Shown here: one piece after another, positions 33,770 to 44,926 of the stretch
How the letters are laid out: each line of letters begins with the position of its first letter
How positions within the stretch are numbered: the stretch's first letter is position 1
Origin: Williopsis jadinii
Taxonomy: Eukaryota
NCBI GenBank assembly: GCA_024346625.1
Contig: AP024666.1
Location: 558,001 to 622,000, forward strand
Direction: 5' to 3'
DNA: 64,000 nucleotides
Made by a program: the position numbers and the translations under genes
Notes under the pieces: generated by a model
The model's input: only the letters and a program-made list of their open reading frames with translations
Databases searched by the model: none
What the model was told of the DNA's origin: nothing

Positions 33770-34912
33770 CTAATGGTAGTTCTCAACAACATATTGGAAT
33801 AGCTTTGTAGCTAATGTCTTATCGTTAGGAATTGAATACGCTTTATCTGGTGTAGTCAAATTCAACTCTGCGTCCTCTGTACCGGTCTTGAGGAGATGCT
33901 CCAAATCTTTCAAAGGACACCAAAATGCGTGTTCTAATTCTTTATCGTGATTCAGGTCCAATTCATTTGAATGTTCGTCAACTATCGCAACACAACCAAT
34001 CATCAAATTCATTGGATAAGGCCAAGGCTGTGTTTGTACTATGGAAACGTTCGACACGTTCAGCCCACTTTCCTCCCAAACTTCTCTTTTGACGGCATTT
34101 TCCACTGTTTCACCTGGTTCAATGAACCCTGCAATATGGGTGTACATTCCCTTGATGAATTTATGCATTCTAGTCATCAACACTTTATCCCTCCTATTGT
34201 TCAAGACGCAACATATTAATACAGGATCAAGTCTCGGGAACGAAGCATTTGACACATGAGCAGACTTCACAGAGCACTTATTGGTTTCGGCATTTGAGCA
34301 CAACAACTCAGAGCCAGCGTTTATGGGTATGGTTCTCGAGCCACAACCTCTACAGTGTCGTGTTGTCGATAACCATTCAAGGTACATCTTGGCCTGTGCG
34401 TATACGCTGGCCTGTCTGTAGTCTAAATGCCTGTTCACTTGCTCACGAGTTCGTAGCACTTCAACACTTGGGTTCTGGGACATTACATATTTGTACATAC
34501 TCGAATGTGAGTCCAATGACACTGCAAAATACGGCATACCTGAATACGAATTGTACTTAAACGATGTTGAACACGTAGTGTCCAACCCCAAGAAATGTAC
34601 TAGAGGTGATTGTGAAAGGAGATGCAAGCTTTGCTCCTCATTGCCTTTAGCCCATCTGTCGATTAATAACCTATTAGTAGGATCGAGTGATTTGTAATTC
34701 AGAGCCATAAACTTGTTGGTCCTTGTGTCAACAAGAGGAGACAGCTCTTTAAAGAAGATGATATTGGTAGCTGAAGAAGTTATGGCATCTTTGATGAATC
34801 TTGGGTCATTCCTCAAGAAAGACAGACGATTGAGGTAGTTGGCTCCAAAGTATATCTCGTTCTTCAGCATTATGAGTGTATCTTCAAACGTATATTTAAT
34901 CCTGGCTCCCAT
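33770..34912 (-). CDS. NPY1: NADH pyrophosphatase (NudC/Nudix)
   Basis: LNRLSFLR, CRGCGS zinc motif, FPRLDP, AGFIEPGETVENAVKREVWEESG Nudix box, TQPWPYP.NLMIGC. Confidence 0.94.
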   Translation of the reverse strand: MGARIKYTFEDTLIMLKNEIYFGANYLNRLSFLRNDPRFIKDAITSSATNIIFFKELSPLVDTRTNKFMALNYKSLDPTNRLLIDRWAKGNEEQSLHLLSQSPLVHFLGLDTTCSTSFKYNSYSGMPYFAVSLDSHSSMYKYVMSQNPSVEVLRTREQVNRHLDYRQASVYAQAKMYLEWLSTTRHCRGCGSRTIPINAGSELLCSNAETNKCSVKSAHVSNASFPRLDPVLICCVLNNRRDKVLMTRMHKFIKGMYTHIAGFIEPGETVENAVKREVWEESGLNVSNVSIVQTQPWPYPMNLMIGCVAIVDEHSNELDLNHDKELEHAFWCPLKDLEHLLKTGTEDAELNLTTPDKAYSIPNDKTLATKLFQYVVENYH

Positions 34913-36569
34913 ATTCGGGTGATGAGAAAGAGAGAAAAAGTATTACAAAACTGTGGGTTGTTGATCATCCCCACAACGGGAACAAACTCCGGTAATCTTC
35001 AGAAACAAAGATCTGCCCCGTATTTCGTGGAGGTTGGACATCTTGTATGGAGTTCTTTTGTAACTGGCCTCATAACCACATTTCTTGTCCTTGGCAGTGT
35101 GCAACGCTTTTCAGTATCCGTATTCTTTACTTCATTGTGTTACTCGCTTTGGCAAAATAACTCTTGATCAAATGGCTGTGAACTTCGGTTTTCACCTCAA
35201 ATCGTCTAACGGCTGAAGGTCTTAATACAACTTTACGCCACGGCATCCTCATCCATGCATTACCTCATGGGTAATCCGTCATTTTTGGGAGTAACCAGGG
35301 TAATGTTCAGCCGATGATCGTAGGTAACCTAGTGAAACCAAGGTTAAAAACAATCAGGTGGACTGCAAACCTCAGAGTAGCGCGCTCTCGTACCATAATT
35401 TGACAGTGAGATTGGACGACAGTTAGCAGTGTGTCTGTGTGTTTCTGTTCGATGGGATCAATAGGTACTGTTACGTCCACAACTCAACGATACTGCGGTA
35501 AGGTTTGCTAGGGGAAGGCAGCTTTACAGTGATTTCACGGCAATTAGGGTTTGTAGTGTGGGAAACTAAAGGTTGAACGCCCCAGCACAAGGTTCCGAAA
35601 GGCCTGTAGTATTTGTACGCTAGGCTGTCTAATATTAGCTATGGTCGGACTACACCAATCATGTACGTATCCTTGCCCAGAGGACACGGGTGGTAGATGG
35701 CTGAACTCCTAACTTGAGTCCTTAAATTCAACAGCTACAAGGTTGCTACAAGGTTGCTCCAAGTACATGGCTACACGTCACCGGTGACCGCAGCTTAAAC
35801 TCCTTGTAACTGAATCACGAATCCATAGCCACTCACGCCCTGATATGTGAGTGTCTCGTGTAAGCTCTAGAGTTGGTGAACATGGACGATGCTCATTTAA
35901 GAGGAGGTTTACTAAATATTGCCATCCTCCGTAGATTTAGACTGCGCGAATACATGATGGCGTTCTTTCGTACGTCAAAGTGGTGGTATTCCCTTTTTTA
36001 AAGGGCCACAGGGAATCGCGGCCGATGAAGGAGACTGAAGATTGCTGACAAACGGGGAAAAGAAGAGGGCAAACAACGGTGTACGCACACTGGAACCCGC
36101 TACATTGACTCTTTCTAATATACTCAGCGGAGGTTGAGGTCCAATGTACTTGTCATCCAGACAGCGCAAGCCCTTTTTCAGGATGGCCAATCTCGTGGGT
36201 TTACGCCTATCTGCCTGTCTCCTCTCTGTAAAATTTTGTGATGAGCGTATGGAGAGAAGGATTTTGTAGGTTTGAAATTTATGTGTGTGTATGTATGAGC
36301 TGCGTACAGAATAAAACGACTGAGTTTAATGGGAAGGAAAAGGTCAAACTTGGAAAGGGAGCCGCCCGGAAATCATCAAGGAAATCACAATCCGCACAGC
36401 AGGTGCGGCCAATATTAAAGCACCAACGGCAAAGAAGCAAATGTGAGTGCGCCCCCAAGGAAAATAAGAGGAAAAAAGAAAAGAGTGAGAGTCAAAAGCG
36501 GGAAAAAGAAGAAAACTGCACTCAAATTTTGAGTCAGCGAAAACAGAAAATTCAGGTTTTTGGTGCAAA

Positions 36570-36625
36570 GAGCGAGAAAAAAAGAAAGAAAAAGAAAAAG
36601 AAAGAAAGAAAGAAAAAGAAAAAGA
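36570..36625. repeat. A-rich (A3-7G)n low-complexity tract upstream of SOK1
   Basis: gaaaaaaagaaagaaaaagaaaaagaaagaaagaaagaaaaagaaaaag seen directly. Confidence 0.75.
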
Positions 36626-37088
36626 CTACGGAAGCTTTGGCAGCATTTTTTTTGTATGTGATAAAACCCCCTTCTTCTAACAAAAAGAAAAGAAAAAAAC
36701 CGACGCAAAAGGCTCATAGCGATTTAGAAAAAGCAGGTAAAACGACAAAAAAATCACACTCCAAAATTTCTCAGCTACACAAATAATCATCTTTTCTTCG
36801 AAAACGAAAACCAACCAGACAACAGGGTTATTCGAAAACAGCAAACAACACATTCATCGCTTTTCAAAATAGAGCGGTTAACGAATAAAGAGGGTTGAAC
36901 AACCGAGTTATTTCAACTTTGCTAAAGGAGTTTCTCTTACCGTTTCTATTTGATTCATTTTTGTGCTGATTAGCTTCATCTAGTTTTTTTTTTGCGTTTT
37001 TGAAGCTTTTTCACGTATTTGCCGCCCACTTTTTTTACCCCCTTTCTATCAACAACACACATTTTCTAATCACAAGAGGGATAAGATA

Positions 37089-39233
37089 ATGGCTTCTCAT
37101 AATAACCAGGATAACCAGGACTTGGTGTCATCTAGTGGTCCTTTCAGGAACGTATTCTTCAGTGAGGCACCTAAGCGCTCCACCACTAATCCGCATGAAG
37201 ATGCCACAAATATCAAGAGAGCTAGGCTTGACTCATCAACCATCCCACCATCTGCGCATGAGGGCACTACACCTGAAGAACAACAAGAGGCTATGGAGTG
37301 TGCTATTGACACAGCGCTCGAGGAGCTGAAGCCAGAACATCACCACCACCATCACCGCCGTTCAGTTCATCAAGTTGTCGTTGACGCTATAAGTCATCAG
37401 CAGCTCCCCGAACAGTTATTTCAACATACATCTGAGCATAGCGATTTTGTTTCAACACCAACGTGTTCCACGCCAGTTAACGAAGGCCTTGCACCCCAAC
37501 AGGTACATGCTATGGGGACTGAAGAAAATGAGAGGCAAATTATGGGAAGTAAGGAGATTTCAGATGAGCAGCAAGTGCAAATCCAAGCGCCAAAGACGTC
37601 GACAGATTTATCCACTTCTGTAACGGCGTCATCGTCTGCTAGAGTGTCTCCTGCAACAAAAGTCCCATCTTGTGGTAAGCACTCTATAAAGAAGAGAAGC
37701 GCTTGCAGGGTGAAGAAGCACAGATCGCGTTCTCTACCAAATATTGTGTTTTCGTCCCTGAAGCATTCTTCTTCTTTGATCTCATCCGTGGCAAAATGTG
37801 CTCCACCTCCATTACCACCGGTTAACATTCAATCTCTGCGTGAGATTGATTTGGCTGAAATTTTGAAGAATCCACAACTTCGTCACGATATACTATTTGA
37901 TCCTCAACTACAGTTCCGTCCAAATTTGGATGGTGAGCGTGGCCGCCGGAAAAAAATAACGTATGACAAGTATTGGGCTGGTGTACGTGATGAGATTGAA
38001 TCGTACTATATCAGCAAATTACCGTTTGTTGAGTCCGCTTCTCGTTTGCCGAATTTGTTCACAACTTTGAAAGATATTCTTGTTTCCTTACTTCCGTCAA
38101 GAGATAAACCAGCAGTTCAAGAGATCTTGGATATAGATCTTATCTTGCAACAATTGTCACAACATTCATTGGATTTGATTGGTTTGGCCTCTTGGTTGTC
38201 AACTATCTTCAAGTCTCATTGCGCTCCTATGCGTGATTCATGGGTTGATGAAATGATGACCTTATTTTACGAAGCTGATGCGGAATCTTCGGTGATGAAG
38301 CTTGTTGAAGGATTACGTCTCATATTCACAATTTTAGAGGCTATGAAATTGGATGTCGCAAATCACCAGATCCGTATGCTGCGTCCTGTTCTCGTTCAGA
38401 CAGCCGTGAATTTCGAAAAGGATTACTTTGCACAGATGATTTCCCGTTGTAAGCTGGAGATTACTGACTCACTGAACTGGTTTAAGAGATGCTATGACAA
38501 TATGTCCCCACAACCGCAGACGCCAAGGGATGCGATTGTTCCTTCAGTTTTGTCTTTGCTGTCTTGTTCCAATATGGTTTCTGAGTTTCCATCGTCCCTG
38601 GCATTTGACCACGCTCGTTTGATTGTATTGAGGGCAAATGTCCGTCAAGTTGTCTGTTTACAACTCTGTCTGGTGTTGTATAAGCAGCTCGTTGCGCAAT
38701 CGACCTCAAACTCCAATACCGACAAGGCAAAATTGATCAGTGAGGCAAACTTGGAAGTTTTGAGAAAAGAGGTCTTAGCCATCATCACTGATGACAACGG
38801 CAACGTCAAATGGACTAGGAACATCGGGGCTATTGCACTGCAGCTGGTGCGTCGTTCCTCGCCAAACTCCACAATCGATCCAAAGGATTTGAGAATTGAT
38901 TTTGCATTCAACTGGTTGATTAAGCAAACTCAACCAAGCTCATCAGTGTACTCTTTAATGGAGCAGCGTTTCTTTAAGACCATCTCTCAACAGATTTCCT
39001 TAGATAGTGAGGATTTGACCATCAAAGCTGGTGCAACTAACGTTGTGTCTACTGGTGCTGCCACTCCAACCCCTACAACACCACCGCAAAGAAAGAGCGA
39101 GGATCATGACGATATCAGTGGAATCGCTGCAAGAATCTCTCTTCTCACGAAGTTTCATTGGAGCGTGTTTGGATCTTACTACACAGATGTTGTCACTCCA
39201 ATGGCGTTCTCATCGAAGGAAAACACATTCTGA
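37089..39233 (+). CDS. SOK1: TCP11-domain protein
   Basis: PPVNIQSLREIDL.EILKNPQLRHDILFDP.LQFRPNLDGERG, HCAPMRD, LEAMKLDVANHQIR.LRP. Confidence 0.94.
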   Translation: MASHNNQDNQDLVSSSGPFRNVFFSEAPKRSTTNPHEDATNIKRARLDSSTIPPSAHEGTTPEEQQEAMECAIDTALEELKPEHHHHHHRRSVHQVVVDAISHQQLPEQLFQHTSEHSDFVSTPTCSTPVNEGLAPQQVHAMGTEENERQIMGSKEISDEQQVQIQAPKTSTDLSTSVTASSSARVSPATKVPSCGKHSIKKRSACRVKKHRSRSLPNIVFSSLKHSSSLISSVAKCAPPPLPPVNIQSLREIDLAEILKNPQLRHDILFDPQLQFRPNLDGERGRRKKITYDKYWAGVRDEIESYYISKLPFVESASRLPNLFTTLKDILVSLLPSRDKPAVQEILDIDLILQQLSQHSLDLIGLASWLSTIFKSHCAPMRDSWVDEMMTLFYEADAESSVMKLVEGLRLIFTILEAMKLDVANHQIRMLRPVLVQTAVNFEKDYFAQMISRCKLEITDSLNWFKRCYDNMSPQPQTPRDAIVPSVLSLLSCSNMVSEFPSSLAFDHARLIVLRANVRQVVCLQLCLVLYKQLVAQSTSNSNTDKAKLISEANLEVLRKEVLAIITDDNGNVKWTRNIGAIALQLVRRSSPNSTIDPKDLRIDFAFNWLIKQTQPSSSVYSLMEQRFFKTISQQISLDSEDLTIKAGATNVVSTGAATPTPTTPPQRKSEDHDDISGIAARISLLTKFHWSVFGSYYTDVVTPMAFSSKENTF

Positions 39234-39638
39234 TCGCAATCGGACAACACCTACTACCGCAAAACAATCATTTTCACATTGTACATCCATCATTACTATT
39301 ACCATCATGATTTAAATTACCATTGCATGTGGATTTCGTATCCACCACTTTTTTCTACTTTTTTTCTTCCATTATGCACTGATTTCTAGTGTTTCACATT
39401 TCATCATTTCATCATATCATGCTACCATCTAAAACAGAAAAAAAGAGAGAAAAATATAACTGAGAAAAGAGATGTTTCTTCTTATTCAAATTCTACGATT
39501 TTTGGTTCGATTTTTGGTTTAACAATTTTATTTTTTACGTTAAAAACTTAATGCTACATAGTATACGAAAACAGCATTGTAGTTTAAACTGGTACAATAA
39601 CTATCCATCATTTCTTATGTGGCCTATATTTATCGGAC

Positions 39639-40259
39639 TCATTGTGGGCCATGTGAGACTTGTCTAAGGGCCTCGACCGTCTCTGTTAGCGTTTTGGATC
39701 TCAGTTCTAGTTGGTTTTGAAGTTGTGTTATGGTTGCGTTCGAGAGTGTAATTTCTCCACCAAGATCATTCGTTTCAATTTCGAGAACCGGCGACGATGA
39801 GAGCTTCAAGGCAACAGAAAACCTCTGTATCACTTTAACTATTTCATCAAGAGTACGATTGTTCAACTTGATATGATCATTTTCCTGGTTGGTCATTGTC
39901 GTTGCAACGCCTTTCAACGTTGTGATCAGGTCGTCCAGGAGGATCATCTGGACGAAATTGACAAACTCCTTAAACACTTTGATCATTTCATTCTTCGTAG
40001 TGAAGGTTTCCTCCGCTTGTAAGAACTTAATGTGGGATTGAATCTTGAACAGCTTTTCAGAATCGCCTTCTAAGGACTCACGAGCCCAAGATATGTCATC
40101 TTTTAAGTTCTTACTCCCCGATGAGGAAGCCAATGTCTGTAGTTCATCAAGGATCGTCCTGAGATAGGGAAATGCATCAAATGCATTCACGTAAATATTG
40201 CTTAAAACATGACGTAAAACAGGAATATTTGGGTCTAAGTTCGCTGGAGGTAGAGACAT
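39639..40259 (-). CDS. Hypothetical helical protein
   Basis: ATG at 40259 (MSLPPANLDP); 206 aa, protein-like composition, no recognised domain. Confidence 0.65.
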   Translation of the reverse strand: MSLPPANLDPNIPVLRHVLSNIYVNAFDAFPYLRTILDELQTLASSSGSKNLKDDISWARESLEGDSEKLFKIQSHIKFLQAEETFTTKNEMIKVFKEFVNFVQMILLDDLITTLKGVATTMTNQENDHIKLNNRTLDEIVKVIQRFSVALKLSSSPVLEIETNDLGGEITLSNATITQLQNQLELRSKTLTETVEALRQVSHGPQ

Positions 40260-40476
40260 AGCGAAGTGTTTCTCCAACAACAGGCGGTTCTTTATAGAGA
40301 CAACACCGAGTTTTGAAATGTTGAGATGTGGAAAAAAAAAACATGCTTGAGGCCCCCCGCCGCCAGCCGGGGAAGCCAAAAAAAAGCGAGCAGCGGAAAC
40401 AAAAACAAAAAAGTTGTGTCACCTAAACTTTACTTAAAGAAGCTTTAAACATAACAACTCCAGTACTTAAACCAAA

Positions 40477-40860
40477 ATGGGTAGCTGTGTATCTTCTCCT
40501 TCTGCTCAGCAGCTGCCAAAGAAAGTGGAAACACAAACGACCAATAAGAGAACACAAAAGGTAGCGAATACTAGCAAACCATCTGTTACAAAGCCACAAA
40601 AGGTGCACACCGTGGGTTCCACCTCCAAATCCGCACCTCAAGGGAAGAAATTATCAGAAGCTACAAATACATCGAATCAAGATGAGGATCCCCGTGAGGC
40701 CGCTAGAAAGGCAGCTGAAGTGCGATATGAGCAGCAGATGACTAAACAAGGAGCCTTGGGGAAGAAACTTGAGGAAGAGAGAAAGAAGACACATTCAACC
40801 TTTTTGAAAGAACAGGCGGATGCAGCTGATAAGAAAACTACGCCTCTTGTATACGATTAA
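40477..40860 (+). CDS. SVIP-like small acylated protein (resembles S. cerevisiae YGL108C)
   Basis: MGSCVS myristoylation/palmitoylation N-terminus; PREAARKAAE.R...GALGKKL; ends LVYD. Confidence 0.75.
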   Translation: MGSCVSSPSAQQLPKKVETQTTNKRTQKVANTSKPSVTKPQKVHTVGSTSKSAPQGKKLSEATNTSNQDEDPREAARKAAEVRYEQQMTKQGALGKKLEEERKKTHSTFLKEQADAADKKTTPLVYD

Positions 40861-40883
40861 GGATGTGTATAGATCGTGATAAT

Positions 40884-43298
40884 TCACATGCTAAACTTAC
40901 CTGATCTGTCCTGTGTAGCCTTCTTTAGCCCACTAACTACAATGGACTTGAAAAGATCAATGGCATCGAACAGCTGTTGTTCCCTGGTGGCCTCAACCAA
41001 CAAGTACAGCTTTGGCTCTTCGCCTGCTTCTGGTTCTTTACCCTCAGGATAGAAGCGACCTTTATAGGTAACAGAGACAGATGTCTGTTCAATAATCTTG
41101 GTCAACGTGGCATTGTTGGAGGCGATCCACCTGATGTCCTGTGGCAAATCATTAATGTTGATCTTGGCGTTGAAATCACCTTTATCAACTGAATCTGTTT
41201 GTATGTTGTAGACAATGTCCAGGTTAGGGTCTTTGACCTCTTCCTCGTCTTCATCTTCGTGATCTGTTCCATTAGTTGTCGTTGTTTCAGTTTCGCCAAG
41301 TTTCAGCTTGGCCTTTTGTTCTGTTTCATCACGAAGCTTATCCAAATTGTCTAACCCTTTACCACCATACCCTGCACTGATCTTCTTCTTACCACTGTCT
41401 AAATCTTTAGCAAATTTCAACGCAATCACTTTCACATCATCTGGTAATTCATCCTGCTTCATGCATTTGTAGAGGATATACGCTTGTAAGTCCTCCTGTG
41501 AAGATATTAAAGAAATTGCGGAACCCTTGGTGTTCCCTCTCGCAGTTCTTCCTGTAGAATGAACATACTGTGCAAATGACCTCGCTGCATTATACAGAAT
41601 CACCAACGAGACTTCCGGAACATCCAAACCACGTGAAAGAACCTCCGTACATATGAGAATGTTGGCATTCGGATCTTTCTTAAATTTTTGCAAATTCTGA
41701 GCCCTCTCATTAGATGATAAACCCGCATGAATCTGAATAGGTGAGTGACCGCTCCCCAGCAGTCTTCTATTCATGAAATCAACCTGGAGTTGTGATTCAC
41801 AAAAGATAATAGTTTTTGAGTGTTCCGGTTGTTTACCCAGGATATTCAGAAGGTAGTTGAACTTATCCGATTCTTTATCAATGACTTTTGCCATCTGTGT
41901 GATATTTTCATTCACAACTTGCTTATTTCCCACAGCGATGATAACAGGCTTATGAAGTATCTTGACAGCAAACGCCTGTAACTTTGAAGGAAAAGTTGCA
42001 GAAAAAAGAACACACTGTTTGTCTGGTCTTATAGTCTTCATAATTTGATTGATCTGTGGCTCGAATCCTAAATCAAACAAACGATCTGCTTCATCTAATG
42101 TCACGAAAGATATTCTATCAGTTTTCAAAAGTTTACCATTGTTCAAAGTGAGAAGGTCAATAAATCTTCCGGGTGTAGCAATTATTACCTCAACCCCCCT
42201 TTTAAGGTCATTGATTTGTTTCTGTAATTCCGACCCACCTGTGCAACATATAGCATTCATCGAGTTCACTTTAAGAAATTCACAACAGGTTTCATGGATT
42301 TGAATTGCCAGTTCTCTCGTTGGGGATAGGATCACTCCCATAGGCCCAGTCTCGCCCTTCGAAAGTGGTCTCTGTTGTTTGATATGTTTTAGCATTCCGA
42401 GTAAGTAGCACATAGTTTTGCCTGAACCAGTCTTTCCAATACCTATAACATCATTTCCTGTCATTATAGCCGGTATCGTCTGCGACTGAATTGGGGTTGG
42501 AAGTTTGAACCGGAAGTGTTCTGTTATCACTGATATCGTCTCAGCATCTAGGCCCATGTGATAGAAGTTCATCACAGGAGTTATGGACTTGTTATTGATG
42601 AATATGTTATTCATCACTTGAAAGTTGATAGCCTCATCAGGATCTATTGGATTGGTATTGACAAAGAAATTCTTCCTCAAAGGTTCGAGTTCTTTCAAAT
42701 TGAACTTGTACGTCTGTATATCCCTCGTTTTCTTTGTCTTCAACTTTTTCAATAGCTTTGTAGCTTCTTCATTCCCATCAACGGCATCCATATTTGTAGA
42801 TGCAGTACCATCTTCGTCATCGATCAGTTCAGAATTCCGCTCGCTAGGCACGTTTGTAGAGTCTCCACTCAAACTGTTCATGAACGCTTCAAGTGGATCC
42901 TCATGTCCTTTATCAACCAAATCGTCGATATCATCATCTTCTTGCTCTTCATCTCCATCGTTTGTAGGGATGAACCGTGGTCCCTTCCTACCAGTGTCTT
43001 CGTCATCATCGCCATCACCAAATACATTGGCACTGATGCCAGAAGATCTCTTCTTCACCAGCTTAGAGCCCTTTGAGAACTGTGCAAGAGCAAGCGCAGT
43101 TTTCTTCGGCAGTGCATTATCGACATTTGGTGAGTCCTGCTTCTTCTCTAGTTCCTTTAGCCTTTTACGCTCAGCTTGTTTCTTCTTCCATGCTTCTAGC
43201 TTCTTCAACTTGTCAGCTTTCTTATCATCAATGTTAGTAGATGCACCAGTCGTTGCACTGTGCTGTTCTTCGACATGCCTTGAATCGCTCTTTGTCAT
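40884..43298 (-). CDS. PRP5: DEAD-box RNA helicase for prespliceosome formation
   Basis: KLEAWKKK, DPLEAFM (DPLD-type motif), PTPIQSQ, GKTGSGKT, PTRELA, DEADR, SAT, RGLD, INDLPQ; divergent from ABD1 as in S. cerevisiae. Confidence 0.93.
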   Translation of the reverse strand: MTKSDSRHVEEQHSATTGASTNIDDKKADKLKKLEAWKKKQAERKRLKELEKKQDSPNVDNALPKKTALALAQFSKGSKLVKKRSSGISANVFGDGDDDEDTGRKGPRFIPTNDGDEEQEDDDIDDLVDKGHEDPLEAFMNSLSGDSTNVPSERNSELIDDEDGTASTNMDAVDGNEEATKLLKKLKTKKTRDIQTYKFNLKELEPLRKNFFVNTNPIDPDEAINFQVMNNIFINNKSITPVMNFYHMGLDAETISVITEHFRFKLPTPIQSQTIPAIMTGNDVIGIGKTGSGKTMCYLLGMLKHIKQQRPLSKGETGPMGVILSPTRELAIQIHETCCEFLKVNSMNAICCTGGSELQKQINDLKRGVEVIIATPGRFIDLLTLNNGKLLKTDRISFVTLDEADRLFDLGFEPQINQIMKTIRPDKQCVLFSATFPSKLQAFAVKILHKPVIIAVGNKQVVNENITQMAKVIDKESDKFNYLLNILGKQPEHSKTIIFCESQLQVDFMNRRLLGSGHSPIQIHAGLSSNERAQNLQKFKKDPNANILICTEVLSRGLDVPEVSLVILYNAARSFAQYVHSTGRTARGNTKGSAISLISSQEDLQAYILYKCMKQDELPDDVKVIALKFAKDLDSGKKKISAGYGGKGLDNLDKLRDETEQKAKLKLGETETTTTNGTDHEDEDEEEVKDPNLDIVYNIQTDSVDKGDFNAKININDLPQDIRWIASNNATLTKIIEQTSVSVTYKGRFYPEGKEPEAGEEPKLYLLVEATREQQLFDAIDLFKSIVVSGLKKATQDRSGKFSM

Positions 43299-43507
43299 AG
43301 CTATAATATCTGGCTGTGAACCGCTCTACTGTTAGTGCTCTGATTGTTTACCGCCCTATCGGTTGTGGTTTTGTTGACGCTGTTTTGTTGATGTTGAAGT
43401 TTGCGTTTTTTTTTTCTCCTCCTGCTTTTCGTGATAAATTCGCAGCTTTCAACGCTGATGTACTCAAATGTTCGGTTAAAAAGAAGAAACAACGGAAAAG
43501 CGACCTT

Positions 43508-44890
43508 ATGAGCGATACAGGAAGAGCCGAGGCTCAGCCAAATGATGGATCTGCTTCTCTAGAGAAGACAGAACAAAAGGATGAGAAACCTTCAATGAAG
43601 ATTCGTAAGAGAGCGTTGGAAGAGGCATCTCCTTCACCATCAGCATCGGCGTTCTCATTGAGAAGAGGTGCACAGTCGCAAACTCCCGATGGTGAGAAGA
43701 CTGCGGCTATAGCAGAAAAGAGACGTCCTAAACCTTCATGGATGTCACAAGAAGACTACGATAAGCTGAATGGGGTCAAGACTTTGACTGATGCGGAACC
43801 GGTACAGAAGAGGTTGAAAGCACCTTCAAGGAGAGGAGGGTATCTTCCACGTCCAAGAGGCAGCGATGATCAAACCGGCACAGCTGAAGATATACCAGCA
43901 CATTTGTCAACGTCGCAGCCGTCTCAAGTCGCTGATGATTTGGTATCTCGTGATATTGCGTACAAGAAACAGGACCTCAACGTATCCATTAGGCAGCATT
44001 ACAACGTGAGAGCGTGGGATTCGAAACGTGAACGTCGTGACCAATCCACAATCATCAAGCTGAGAAACTTCAACAACATCATCAAACACATGCTGATCAG
44101 CGAGAGTGTCAAGGAACCGGGCTGGCACGTACTGGATTTGGGATGTGGTAAAGGGGGTGATTTACGTAAATGGGAACAGGTCAATGTGAGTCAGTACGTT
44201 GGTGTCGACATATCCAACGCATCAATTATGGAAGCCATAAGACGCTACAGATCTAACCGCTCACGTTTCCCTGTTGTTTTTGCCACGGGTGATGCGTTTG
44301 GACTGCCACTTCCAGAAGTATTACATGATTTCCCAGAAGTGGAATTCCCTATGGACATCGTCTCTATGCAGTTTTGTCTACACTATGCCTTTGAAACTGA
44401 GGAAAAGGCTAGGCAGACAATTGAAAATGTCTCCAGATCACTAAGACCAGGAGGTGTCTTCATAGGAACCATCCCAAATAGTGAGTTTATTGGCCACAAG
44501 ATTAGACACTTGAAGCCCGGTGTGAAAGGTTTTGGAAATAGCCTATACTCTGTTACATTTGAAACCCAACCTCCAAAGTCTGGGGAATTCTCAAGCCCCT
44601 TCGGTAACGTCTATAACTACTACCTGAAAGATGCAATTGATAACGTCCCAGAGTACATCATCCCTTTTGAAACCCTGAGAGCTATTTGCTCGGAATTTGG
44701 TTTAAGACTGAAGTTTAAACAGCCATTTCAGGATTATTTTGTTCAACACATTCCAAATTTCTTCTCTAGGTTGAGTCCAAAGGCTTTAGAAGGTATTAGA
44801 AAGAGTAACGGTGGTTACGGTATATCTGGTGAAGAATCAGAAGCAACTTCATACTTCTACCTGGCATTTACATTTGTGAAAGCAGGTTAA
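43508..44890 (+). CDS. ABD1: mRNA cap guanine-N7 methyltransferase
   Basis: HYN, IIKLRNFNN.IK, VLDLGCGKGGDLRKW, SMQFCLHYAFE, FIGTIP, NVPEY; ATG at 43508. Confidence 0.96.
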   Translation: MSDTGRAEAQPNDGSASLEKTEQKDEKPSMKIRKRALEEASPSPSASAFSLRRGAQSQTPDGEKTAAIAEKRRPKPSWMSQEDYDKLNGVKTLTDAEPVQKRLKAPSRRGGYLPRPRGSDDQTGTAEDIPAHLSTSQPSQVADDLVSRDIAYKKQDLNVSIRQHYNVRAWDSKRERRDQSTIIKLRNFNNIIKHMLISESVKEPGWHVLDLGCGKGGDLRKWEQVNVSQYVGVDISNASIMEAIRRYRSNRSRFPVVFATGDAFGLPLPEVLHDFPEVEFPMDIVSMQFCLHYAFETEEKARQTIENVSRSLRPGGVFIGTIPNSEFIGHKIRHLKPGVKGFGNSLYSVTFETQPPKSGEFSSPFGNVYNYYLKDAIDNVPEYIIPFETLRAICSEFGLRLKFKQPFQDYFVQHIPNFFSRLSPKALEGIRKSNGGYGISGEESEATSYFYLAFTFVKAG

Positions 44891-44926
44891 ATATCATAAA
44901 TATTACACAACATGGTAGATCTCTTT

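Noticed and set aside
35734..35758. GCTACAAGGTT x2 tandem repeat
   Set aside because: Isolated micro-duplication; no array or associated element.
36238..36786. 182-aa Lys-rich ORF
   Set aside because: Artefact of A-rich promoter tracts upstream of SOK1.
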